Below are positions 56,744-64,000 of a stretch of 64,000 bases of DNA, piece after piece; position 1 is the stretch's first letter; each line of letters begins with the position of its first letter. Position numbers and translations under genes: made by a program. Source of the DNA: a virus (taxonomy: Duplodnaviria > Caudoviricetes); the IMG/VR virus record IMGVR_UViG_3300027804_000001, positions 160,001 through 224,000 of that record; one strand, written 5' to 3'. The notes beneath the pieces are model-generated. The model had not been told where the DNA came from. It saw nothing but the letters and a program-made list of their open reading frames with translations, and did not search any database.

Positions 56744-58195
56744 TTATTTCTTATTATAATTGTGTTTATCTGAAACATATTCACCTGGTTCAAAGTGTGT
56801 AATTCTACCATCAGTCATTTTAACATCAGGTATTGTATTATCAATTTCTAACGAATTATACCATTCAGCTAATTCGGGGAACGTTTCTACAAAATTTTTA
56901 TTTCTTCTTATATCATATTGCATATAGAAACTTTTGAAATCATGATACTGAAGGGAATTATCCATCTCAGTTGTATTATGACCTCTATTAACAACTTCTA
57001 TATAATCAATTAATCTTTGAATTTGTGCCTTTTCACCAACAGTAAAATATTCACTATTCTTATGTTTCATAAACCATAATGAAAGTTTACCATGTAAACC
57101 ATATTTTACATCATCAGGTAATACCAATGGTGACATAAACGCCGGCCATCTTAAAATGTTTAAATCAACTATTGGTCTGTGTGTACCGTATTTCTTTTTA
57201 AGTTCTAACATATCGTCTAAGAACTCAGTGATACTAAACAAACAAAGACTATTGATTGTCATCATAATAACAACCTGTCTAAAGTTTGCACTCTCTATAA
57301 ACTTAACTAAATTAGAATGCCATAATTTATAGTTTAATCCATCTCTAATATATTCGGCATGTGCACCATATGCCTCACAACTTGTATACAAATCAAATTC
57401 TTTAACCTGTACTTCGTGTGTGACATTAATGAGTCTTTCTAATGTTTTTTGATTTAAACCTAAATTAGAATTAATTGCTAATCTAAGATTTGGTGATGGG
57501 TATTGTTTCATCAAATCAATAAATTGCCAAAAGTTTCTACTTTGTGATGGTTCTCCACCAGTTACTCTGATTTCCATTAATTTTTCTGACAACTCCGGCC
57601 ACCATTCTAAGAATGCCTTTACATATGGGTTATCTTCATTGTATTTTCCAAAGATTTCAGACCAAGACCCATCTGCATAATATGCACCCGCACTTGTTGT
57701 TTTAAATTTCTGATATGGCCCATTATCTCTAATATCCTTACCCCAAGTTGTTGAATAACCCGAATTACAATATGAACAAGCAAAATTACACGTTCTGTCA
57801 AATGACACCTCAATCGTTTTTGGTGTTATATCTTCAGTCCAATGTATATCTTTCAATTTGGCAATGTCTTGTTCATCGTAAATTATACTTTTGTAAACCC
57901 TATCTGCAATGTTATTTCTACCAATATCCTCTACCTTCCAACAGTAAGAACATTCGGCGGGTTTAACACCATCCAACATCATTTTTCTAATTCTTTTCTT
58001 AAAATCTGTGTTGTGTAGTGCAGATGGGTTTGTTTTAATTGCTTCCGCATCAATTGGGTGTGGTAGTGGTAGATGACAAGAGTTTGTGAATCCGTGACCT
58101 AAATGTAGACTAACATTATACCATTTTGCAGCACAAAAACTACAACTGACTTTATTTAAATGTTCATCTCTCCAACTTGCTAATTCTTCTGACAT
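56744..58195 (-). CDS. Twitch-domain radical SAM protein
   Basis: CAAKW...NSCH...CSYC; CNFACSYC; TGGEP. Confidence 0.9.
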   Translation of the reverse strand: MSEELASWRDEHLNKVSCSFCAAKWYNVSLHLGHGFTNSCHLPLPHPIDAEAIKTNPSALHNTDFKKRIRKMMLDGVKPAECSYCWKVEDIGRNNIADRVYKSIIYDEQDIAKLKDIHWTEDITPKTIEVSFDRTCNFACSYCNSGYSTTWGKDIRDNGPYQKFKTTSAGAYYADGSWSEIFGKYNEDNPYVKAFLEWWPELSEKLMEIRVTGGEPSQSRNFWQFIDLMKQYPSPNLRLAINSNLGLNQKTLERLINVTHEVQVKEFDLYTSCEAYGAHAEYIRDGLNYKLWHSNLVKFIESANFRQVVIMMTINSLCLFSITEFLDDMLELKKKYGTHRPIVDLNILRWPAFMSPLVLPDDVKYGLHGKLSLWFMKHKNSEYFTVGEKAQIQRLIDYIEVVNRGHNTTEMDNSLQYHDFKSFYMQYDIRRNKNFVETFPELAEWYNSLEIDNTIPDVKMTDGRITHFEPGEYVSDKHNYNKK

Positions 58196-58219
58196 ATTGT
58201 AAAATTTAATTTATTTTTT

Positions 58220-58960
58220 TTATAAAACAAAATCTTTAGGAACTCTTTCTAAAAAATTTGTATGTTTTGATTCGTCATATATGATACCTAAATTGTTCAC
58301 GGTCTTAAAATCGTAATAACAAAGTATATCATCATAACATTTTTTAAATGGTAGAACGTGTATTTCTGATTCTTTTAAGTAATCTTCAATTATTTCAATG
58401 TTTGAAGTTCTTAGTATAATTGAAAATAAAAATATATCCATTTCACAATAATATCGATGTCTGTCGGATGAACATTCCGGACTGGAACACCCAATAAACA
58501 AACTATTATCACAATAGTCAGAAATTAAATTACCGTTAAAAATTATTGTATTATTCTCTTTAAAATTTTTATATAACGCAAATTGATTATCTTTTCTTGC
58601 AACTGTAATTGTTACCCCATCTTCAATTTCTTTTTGTGTTGTATCTAACAATGGTAGAAAATAAAATTTATCTCCTTCTTCTTCATCGGTCCAAAATTCA
58701 AAAGCCATGGTTTGAGTTGTGTCGTTATAAGATAAACCTAAATTTTTACCCGGTTTACCAAAAACCATACTAATCTCATCTTTTTTATAATGTGGTTTTA
58801 TTTTGAAAGATAAAGTGATTGCATATTCACTTCTAAGTAAAAACTTAGTTAAATCACGATTTTCATACTTGTCATAATTTGTAACGTATTGATTATCGTG
58901 ATGTTCTTCAATTTCCCACTCAAACTTCGCCCAATAGGGTTCTTTATACTTTATTTTCAT
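58220..58960 (-). CDS. Standalone LamG/concanavalin-like domain protein
   Basis: GKPGKNLGLSY, FEFWT, LFIGC, YYDF; paralogous to N-terminus of next upstream gene. Confidence 0.55.
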   Translation of the reverse strand: MKIKYKEPYWAKFEWEIEEHHDNQYVTNYDKYENRDLTKFLLRSEYAITLSFKIKPHYKKDEISMVFGKPGKNLGLSYNDTTQTMAFEFWTDEEEGDKFYFLPLLDTTQKEIEDGVTITVARKDNQFALYKNFKENNTIIFNGNLISDYCDNSLFIGCSSPECSSDRHRYYCEMDIFLFSIILRTSNIEIIEDYLKESEIHVLPFKKCYDDILCYYDFKTVNNLGIIYDESKHTNFLERVPKDFVL

Positions 58961-61052
58961 TTTTAATTTTTTTAAAAAATTCTTTTAATTCGGGGAAGTA
59001 ACTGTTTACATCCAAATCTCTTCTTTTTTTATACTCATCTGTAAAGTCTAATAAATCTTTTTTGTCTTTATCAAAATCTTTATAGTTTGTGTCATAATCA
59101 GCAACAAAGATGTCACGTATTCTCATAATTTTTTCAATCTCTTGAGTTGAAAACCCAACATCCTCTAACTTTTGTGTCTTATGAAAATTTAAACTTCTAA
59201 ATGTTGAGTTGAATTTCATATACTTTATCCATCTTTCAAATACATCAACACTTATGTAGTCTTTCAATAACCTAAAACTCATAAATGGTGGGTGTCTCAA
59301 ATAGGATGTATCCAAGATTAATGCAGTATTCCAATATCTCATGTTATTAAAGTGTCTCATTTTCATTTTGTGAACTTTTTTAATTAAAAGTTCATATGAA
59401 AACACACTAAAAATATTGAAGGTTGACATAATAACGATAGTAACTCTTGGTAATTTGGTTAATATCTTATCAATGTTCTGAAATAATTTTTCAAAACTCA
59501 TTCCGAATCTTGTGTATTCTGATTGTTTTCCATATGCATCACAAGAAGTAAAAATAACTAATTCGTGTACTCTATTATCTTTAATGATTAAATCCAACTT
59601 GTCAATTAGTTTGTCGATTAAATCATCAGTTACACCAAGATTACTATTAATCGATAACTTAAGATTTTTATTGGGGTTTTCGGTTTCAATTATGTAATCT
59701 AAAACTTTCCATGTGTCTTTGTGTAATAATGGTTCTCCGCCGGTTATTCTAAAGGTATCTAAGCTACCATATAATTCAGGAAACCATTCCCAAAACGCAT
59801 TTACATAAGGATTGTCCTCTGTTTGTTTGTATGGTCTTGTACCTCTTTCATCCATTCTTCTCGTACCATTATATTCATATGAAAGATTATATGCTCCGTG
59901 TTGATTAATTTCCTCCATCCATTTAGATGAATATTCGGGACCACAATAAGCACATTTAAAATTACATGTATTTGCAAAACTTATCTCGGCATATTTGGGG
60001 TTATAATCATCCCTCCAATTTGATTGACTAATTTCTTCAAAATATGGTTCAGACCACGGTTCGGATGATTTAAAAACTCTATCTGAATAAGAACTTGAAT
60101 TATCTTCAACATTCCAACAATATTGACACTCCGAAGGTCTTCTATCCTCAAGCATTTCTTTTCTTGCTTGTTTTTTGATTTTGCTATTATGTAAGGCGGA
60201 AGGGTTTCTTGAAATTTCCTCTAAACCAATTTTATGTGGCTCGGGGTGGTGACAACTATGTGTTGTACCATTATGTAGGTGCATAGTAACTTGTGTCCAT
60301 TTAGCCAAACAAAACCCACAACCAACATCATCTAATTTTTCTTTTACTATTTCAAAACCAACACTAGACATTTTATTTTTTCTTTTCAAAAATGTCTTTT
60401 CTTTATATTGTTCAATAATTAAAAATTCTTCGGTAGAATTTTCTAAATCAAAAAATGCGTATAGTTTGTTATAATCTTTAATATTAATAATCTCAATCTC
60501 TTTTTTTAGAACTGATTCTAATGTTTTTATATTAACAACCGACTGAAAAACACTAAAATGATTAACATCCATCTCAGTTATACACTTATGTGCGGATGTA
60601 ATACTATCCATGTTATGACAACCAATGTATATTGGTTCATTTTTATAGTCATCAATTAATGGATTAGAGTTTTCGATGGTATCAAACAATTTAAAATCTT
60701 TGTACAAATAATATGTTGTTCCGTCAAATTGTACTGTGACATTTATAAAGTTTTGAAATACTTTCGGATCTATATTATCATATAAAAAATAATTGAACTT
60801 ATCGTATAAATCTCCGTCTTCATTTTTTTCTTTCGTCCAAAATTCAAATACAAAATAATTGACTTTGTAATCATAACTAATACCAAAGTTTTTACCGGGT
60901 ATACCCATAAATCCAATCTTATCGTCCTGTTTATAATCTCTTGAAACTCTAAAAGTTGTTGAGATGGTAAATGGACCATCAGTAATGATATTGGTTTGTG
61001 CCTCTGTTGATTTTGGTTTTAAAAACCAAGGTTTTAAATATTCTATTCTCAT
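58944..61052 (-). CDS. LamG-like domain fused to twitch-domain radical SAM
   Basis: GIPGKNFGISY, IYIGC; CLAKW...HSCH...CQYC; CNFKCAYC; TGGEP. Confidence 0.85.
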   Translation of the reverse strand: MRIEYLKPWFLKPKSTEAQTNIITDGPFTISTTFRVSRDYKQDDKIGFMGIPGKNFGISYDYKVNYFVFEFWTKEKNEDGDLYDKFNYFLYDNIDPKVFQNFINVTVQFDGTTYYLYKDFKLFDTIENSNPLIDDYKNEPIYIGCHNMDSITSAHKCITEMDVNHFSVFQSVVNIKTLESVLKKEIEIINIKDYNKLYAFFDLENSTEEFLIIEQYKEKTFLKRKNKMSSVGFEIVKEKLDDVGCGFCLAKWTQVTMHLHNGTTHSCHHPEPHKIGLEEISRNPSALHNSKIKKQARKEMLEDRRPSECQYCWNVEDNSSSYSDRVFKSSEPWSEPYFEEISQSNWRDDYNPKYAEISFANTCNFKCAYCGPEYSSKWMEEINQHGAYNLSYEYNGTRRMDERGTRPYKQTEDNPYVNAFWEWFPELYGSLDTFRITGGEPLLHKDTWKVLDYIIETENPNKNLKLSINSNLGVTDDLIDKLIDKLDLIIKDNRVHELVIFTSCDAYGKQSEYTRFGMSFEKLFQNIDKILTKLPRVTIVIMSTFNIFSVFSYELLIKKVHKMKMRHFNNMRYWNTALILDTSYLRHPPFMSFRLLKDYISVDVFERWIKYMKFNSTFRSLNFHKTQKLEDVGFSTQEIEKIMRIRDIFVADYDTNYKDFDKDKKDLLDFTDEYKKRRDLDVNSYFPELKEFFKKIKNENKV

Positions 61053-62476
61053 TTCATTTTGGTATTTATGAACATTGTATTTGGATATAATGTTTCATCT
61101 ATGTTAACAATTTCAGTTACGTCTAAAATCTTATTAAATCCTTCCTCTCTATAATTTATTTTTTGTTGTTGCATTTCGGTAACGAATCTTTTTTCATTTC
61201 TTGCAGTTGTTTCACCTTTCGCCCATTGACCGTTTACATAACCTTCATCCAAATGATGCATACAATCAAACGCACCCTCTCTTCTATATGGTAATATGTT
61301 TTCAATAACATTAATATCTTCTTGAGTATATGTTACATCGCGACTATCACATCCTAAATCTTGTACTAATTCTATTTGACCTTTTGTAAACTCATAATGT
61401 AACTTTAAATTTTGATTCTCGTCTTCATCAAAAATTTTAGTTGCGTCATCAAAAAATTTATTATAAATTTTCACCTCTGAAATTTTACCTTTATAATAAA
61501 CATTTTGATGGTTACAAAATCCCAATAAAAATACTTTAAGAGCGTCGTGTCTTTTTAATTGTCCTTTAATTGGAAATGGTGCATTTACTTTAATACCATT
61601 CATGTTACTTATCAATTCGTTATTCACAAAAAGATACTGTTTTCTTGTTGTGGAATCATAGGAAATAGTAACCCAAGTCCATAAGTTTTCAAATCTTTTT
61701 GCCCAATTATAATAGTGTTGGGTATCCTCGTCAAAACAAACCATTGTAACTGCTCTAGAATTATTAAATGATAATCCCCACGTCCAACTACCATCTTTTC
61801 TAATTAAAGGATATTCAATAAACTTTCTGTCTTTATCTCCAACCAACCATATGGGATTCTTATCATGTTGTTGTTCCGCTTTAAACAAAACCGAAACCGT
61901 ATGATCACCAATTAAAGAACCACTAATTTCTCTGGTTGTTTCTGATGCAAAAACTGATGAAGAACCATTAAAATTTGCAACAATTCTATTTTTATATTTT
62001 TTATATATTCTACCAGTAGTGTAACCTTCATAATAACATCTCCAAAACAAATCATCATCTTCTTGACCCCAATCCCAATAATCATTTGAATAACCATTGG
62101 TTTTTTCTACTTGTTCTTTGTTGAACAACACTACTCCACCAAAGTATTGGTCATAACCCAATCCGTAACTATATTTTGATAACATAGTTGCTATATGTAT
62201 TGGATTTTTGGTTGGATAGGAATAATCACAGGTATCGTCGTGAGGTATCATGTCCACATCGTGCCAAGCAATATAATCACATCCATCTTCAAATGCGTAA
62301 TGTGCTGCAATATTTTTCATTGATCCTCTATTAAAAAGTTTTTCATCTACTTGGTGACCAACATAGAACTTATGTGGAATACCCTGTTTATTTAAATGAT
62401 TTGTTAACTCGGGTATTAATTTTTCAATGTGTTCTTTTCTATTTCTGTATGGTATACAAATTCCTAATTTTTTCAT
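61049..62476 (-). CDS. GT7 (beta-1,4-galactosyltransferase-like) with inserted LamG-like domain
   Basis: IPYRNR, FNRG, WHDVD, YFGGV, NGYSNDYWDWGQEDDD; insert with KISEVKIYN; resumes RREGAFDCMHH. Confidence 0.85.
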   Translation of the reverse strand: MKKLGICIPYRNRKEHIEKLIPELTNHLNKQGIPHKFYVGHQVDEKLFNRGSMKNIAAHYAFEDGCDYIAWHDVDMIPHDDTCDYSYPTKNPIHIATMLSKYSYGLGYDQYFGGVVLFNKEQVEKTNGYSNDYWDWGQEDDDLFWRCYYEGYTTGRIYKKYKNRIVANFNGSSSVFASETTREISGSLIGDHTVSVLFKAEQQHDKNPIWLVGDKDRKFIEYPLIRKDGSWTWGLSFNNSRAVTMVCFDEDTQHYYNWAKRFENLWTWVTISYDSTTRKQYLFVNNELISNMNGIKVNAPFPIKGQLKRHDALKVFLLGFCNHQNVYYKGKISEVKIYNKFFDDATKIFDEDENQNLKLHYEFTKGQIELVQDLGCDSRDVTYTQEDINVIENILPYRREGAFDCMHHLDEGYVNGQWAKGETTARNEKRFVTEMQQQKINYREEGFNKILDVTEIVNIDETLYPNTMFINTKMK

Positions 62477-63894
62477 ATTCCAACAATTACGTGGGTTACA
62501 TTTTTATTTTTTACGTGAGAGTGTTCTATAAATTGACAATTGTTTAAACCGTCGTCTTTATAACTAACATTCCCTTTTTTTACTTCATTATAAAATCTTA
62601 ATTGATTGTATCTTGTTAATTTAGTTTTCCAACCATTTAACACATAACCATTTTCTTCGTGTGGAATTAATTGAAATGTTGAATTTCTTCTATATGGGAC
62701 ATCAATTTCTTTTGTTTCTTCATGTGAATAACCAACTATTTCACAATTATAAATTTGACCGTTATTTCCATTACCACTTAAATCCATTAATTTATAACCC
62801 TTAATAAATTTTGCATCGTAATTTAAAATCAATTTATGGTCAGAAACATAGTTACCAAAGTTTTGTGTTAAACCAAAATATTGATTATTTGAAATTTCTC
62901 TTATTTCGTCATCGGAAAGAATATCAGAATACACAGCAAAATTACTAATTGTACCCTTAAAGAATTTTTGGTCATTATTTCTATTTGGGTTTGAACACCC
63001 TAAATAAAATTTATTTTCTTTAGTTATATAATCTCTCAGTCTTTTAATTTTTTTATAGTCAACTACTAATCCATCTTGATAGAGTCTTATCTCTTTTTCG
63101 TATGTGTCAATTGTTATTGCAATGTTTGTTTTGTAATTTGTAACAATATTAGATTCTAAATGAATGATATCATTATTTTCATCGAAAATTTGAAATACAT
63201 ATCTTGAATATGAACTATAACCAATTAAAAAATCATAACCAGGTACACCAAAACAAGCATACATATCGTCATCTCTTTCATGATTCATTTCTATTTCATC
63301 GGGAAAGAAACTAATGAAAATTGTATTTTTATACTTGAAATCAAAAATGTTATTTGACTCTACATAAGAATTTACGCCATTGAATTTAAGGGTAGCAACA
63401 TTCCCACCTTTTTGTTGTATTTCCTTTGTGTTTAAGGGTATTTTCTCTTGTTGACATCTGAATAATAATTCAGTGTCTTCATATCCCCAACCCCAATATT
63501 TGTTTGAATACCCATTAACTTGTTCAAAATATTCAACAGGAAATAAAGTTACCCCACCAAAATATTCATCAAAAACGATTCTTTTGAATTTATATGTGGT
63601 AAGTAATTCTGTTGCCATATGTAAAGGAATGTCATAATAGGAATAGTCGACATCTATCGGTAACATATCAACGTCGTGAAAAACAACATAATCACACCTT
63701 AATTTTTTGGCGTATATGAATCCTATATTTAATAGTTTACCTCTATTAAACGCATTTCCGTTATCTTGTTCAACAACGATTAATTCATATTTAATGTTTT
63801 TATCAGATAGATAGTTTTTTAAATGTGTCTTAAACTGAATTAATTGTGGATATCTGTTTCGATATGGTACAATGATTCCAAGTTTATGAGACAT
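62473..63894 (-). CDS. GT7 (beta-1,4-galactosyltransferase-like) with inserted LamG domain
   Basis: VPYRNR, FNRGKLLN, FHDVD, YFGGV, WGWGYED; insert FYLG...FKGTISNFAVYSDILSDDEI; resumes RRNSTFQLIPH. Confidence 0.88.
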   Translation of the reverse strand: MSHKLGIIVPYRNRYPQLIQFKTHLKNYLSDKNIKYELIVVEQDNGNAFNRGKLLNIGFIYAKKLRCDYVVFHDVDMLPIDVDYSYYDIPLHMATELLTTYKFKRIVFDEYFGGVTLFPVEYFEQVNGYSNKYWGWGYEDTELLFRCQQEKIPLNTKEIQQKGGNVATLKFNGVNSYVESNNIFDFKYKNTIFISFFPDEIEMNHERDDDMYACFGVPGYDFLIGYSSYSRYVFQIFDENNDIIHLESNIVTNYKTNIAITIDTYEKEIRLYQDGLVVDYKKIKRLRDYITKENKFYLGCSNPNRNNDQKFFKGTISNFAVYSDILSDDEIREISNNQYFGLTQNFGNYVSDHKLILNYDAKFIKGYKLMDLSGNGNNGQIYNCEIVGYSHEETKEIDVPYRRNSTFQLIPHEENGYVLNGWKTKLTRYNQLRFYNEVKKGNVSYKDDGLNNCQFIEHSHVKNKNVTHVIVGI

Positions 63895-64000
63895 TATTTT
63901 CTACCTGTTTTTTTTGGTGCCGGAACATCTTCTTGGTTCTCGTCACTACCTTTTACGATTTTGTTGTGGAATTCGGCTAAATAATACTGAACACGATTGC
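63894..64000 (-). CDS. 3' end of a gene running off the window
   Basis: ...NRVQYYLAEFHNKIVKGSDENQEDVPAPKKTGRK*; TAATG overlap with next gene. Confidence 0.65.
   Translation of the reverse strand, partial: NRVQYYLAEFHNKIVKGSDENQEDVPAPKKTGRK

Noticed and set aside
2939-62097. Short antisense or nested ORFs of 60-130 aa in the track (e.g. 6037..6234, 8141..8539, 20947..21282, 24912..25250)
   Set aside because: They lie wholly within well-supported genes and show no motifs.
1-64000. Giant eukaryotic virus (NCLDV) origin
   Set aside because: Pervasive ATGA/TAATG coupling, sigma70-like promoters and intrinsic terminators fit a prokaryotic system; not fully excluded without marker genes.
1-64000. 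DNA hypermodification cluster
   Set aside because: No nucleotide hydroxymethylase, queuosine-pathway, aGPT-PPlase or kinase genes recognised here; the adjacent fibre and NDP-sugar enzymes favour protein or surface glycans.
1-64000. tRNA, rRNA, IS/transposase or integrase
   Set aside because: Intergenic gaps are short and AT-rich with no cloverleaf or rRNA-like sequence seen, and no mobile-element motifs in the translated ORFs.
1-64000. Stop-codon reassignment
   Set aside because: Standard code gives full-length, tightly tiled proteins; only one in-frame fragment (31823..32032) and its stop is TAA.

Overview
AT-rich, very gene-dense 64 kb segment with many overlapping stop/start junctions. 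It is most consistent with the glycosylation/modification region of a large tailed bacteriophage. Support: a tail-fibre-like protein with a peptidase S74 chaperone, operon-style packing and sigma70-like promoters; no capsid, terminase or polymerase marker is in view, so the assignment is an inference. Almost all genes encode glycan or small-molecule chemistry: more than 15 glycosyltransferase-like proteins (GT2, GT4, GT7, GT11-like, an autotransporter-heptosyltransferase-like enzyme and a 5-copy unnamed family), NDP-sugar enzymes (Gmd, RmlC, Ugd, several SDR epimerases, a His-type ColD-like PLP enzyme, a TPP E1 alpha/beta pair), methyl-, sulfo-, carbamoyl- and amidino-transferases, APS kinase, six SGNH-like proteins, six to seven 2OG-Fe(II) oxygenases, a flavin halogenase and three radical SAM enzymes. 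Two systems stand out. (1) A 497-aa protein (25307..26800) that reads as a circularly permuted ATP-grasp domain, then a Hint domain ending in His-Asn, then a 29-aa peptide with 6 Cys, 2 Trp and 4 Tyr. It sits among halogenase, oxygenase, sulfotransferase and radical SAM genes and is a candidate self-cleaving RiPP-like system. (2) A Pro-free (Gly-Ser/Thr-Ser)n collagen-like fibre directly downstream of an Aah/TibC-like protein O-heptosyltransferase, a candidate virion-glycosylation system. All product calls are from motif reading by eye; no database searches were run.
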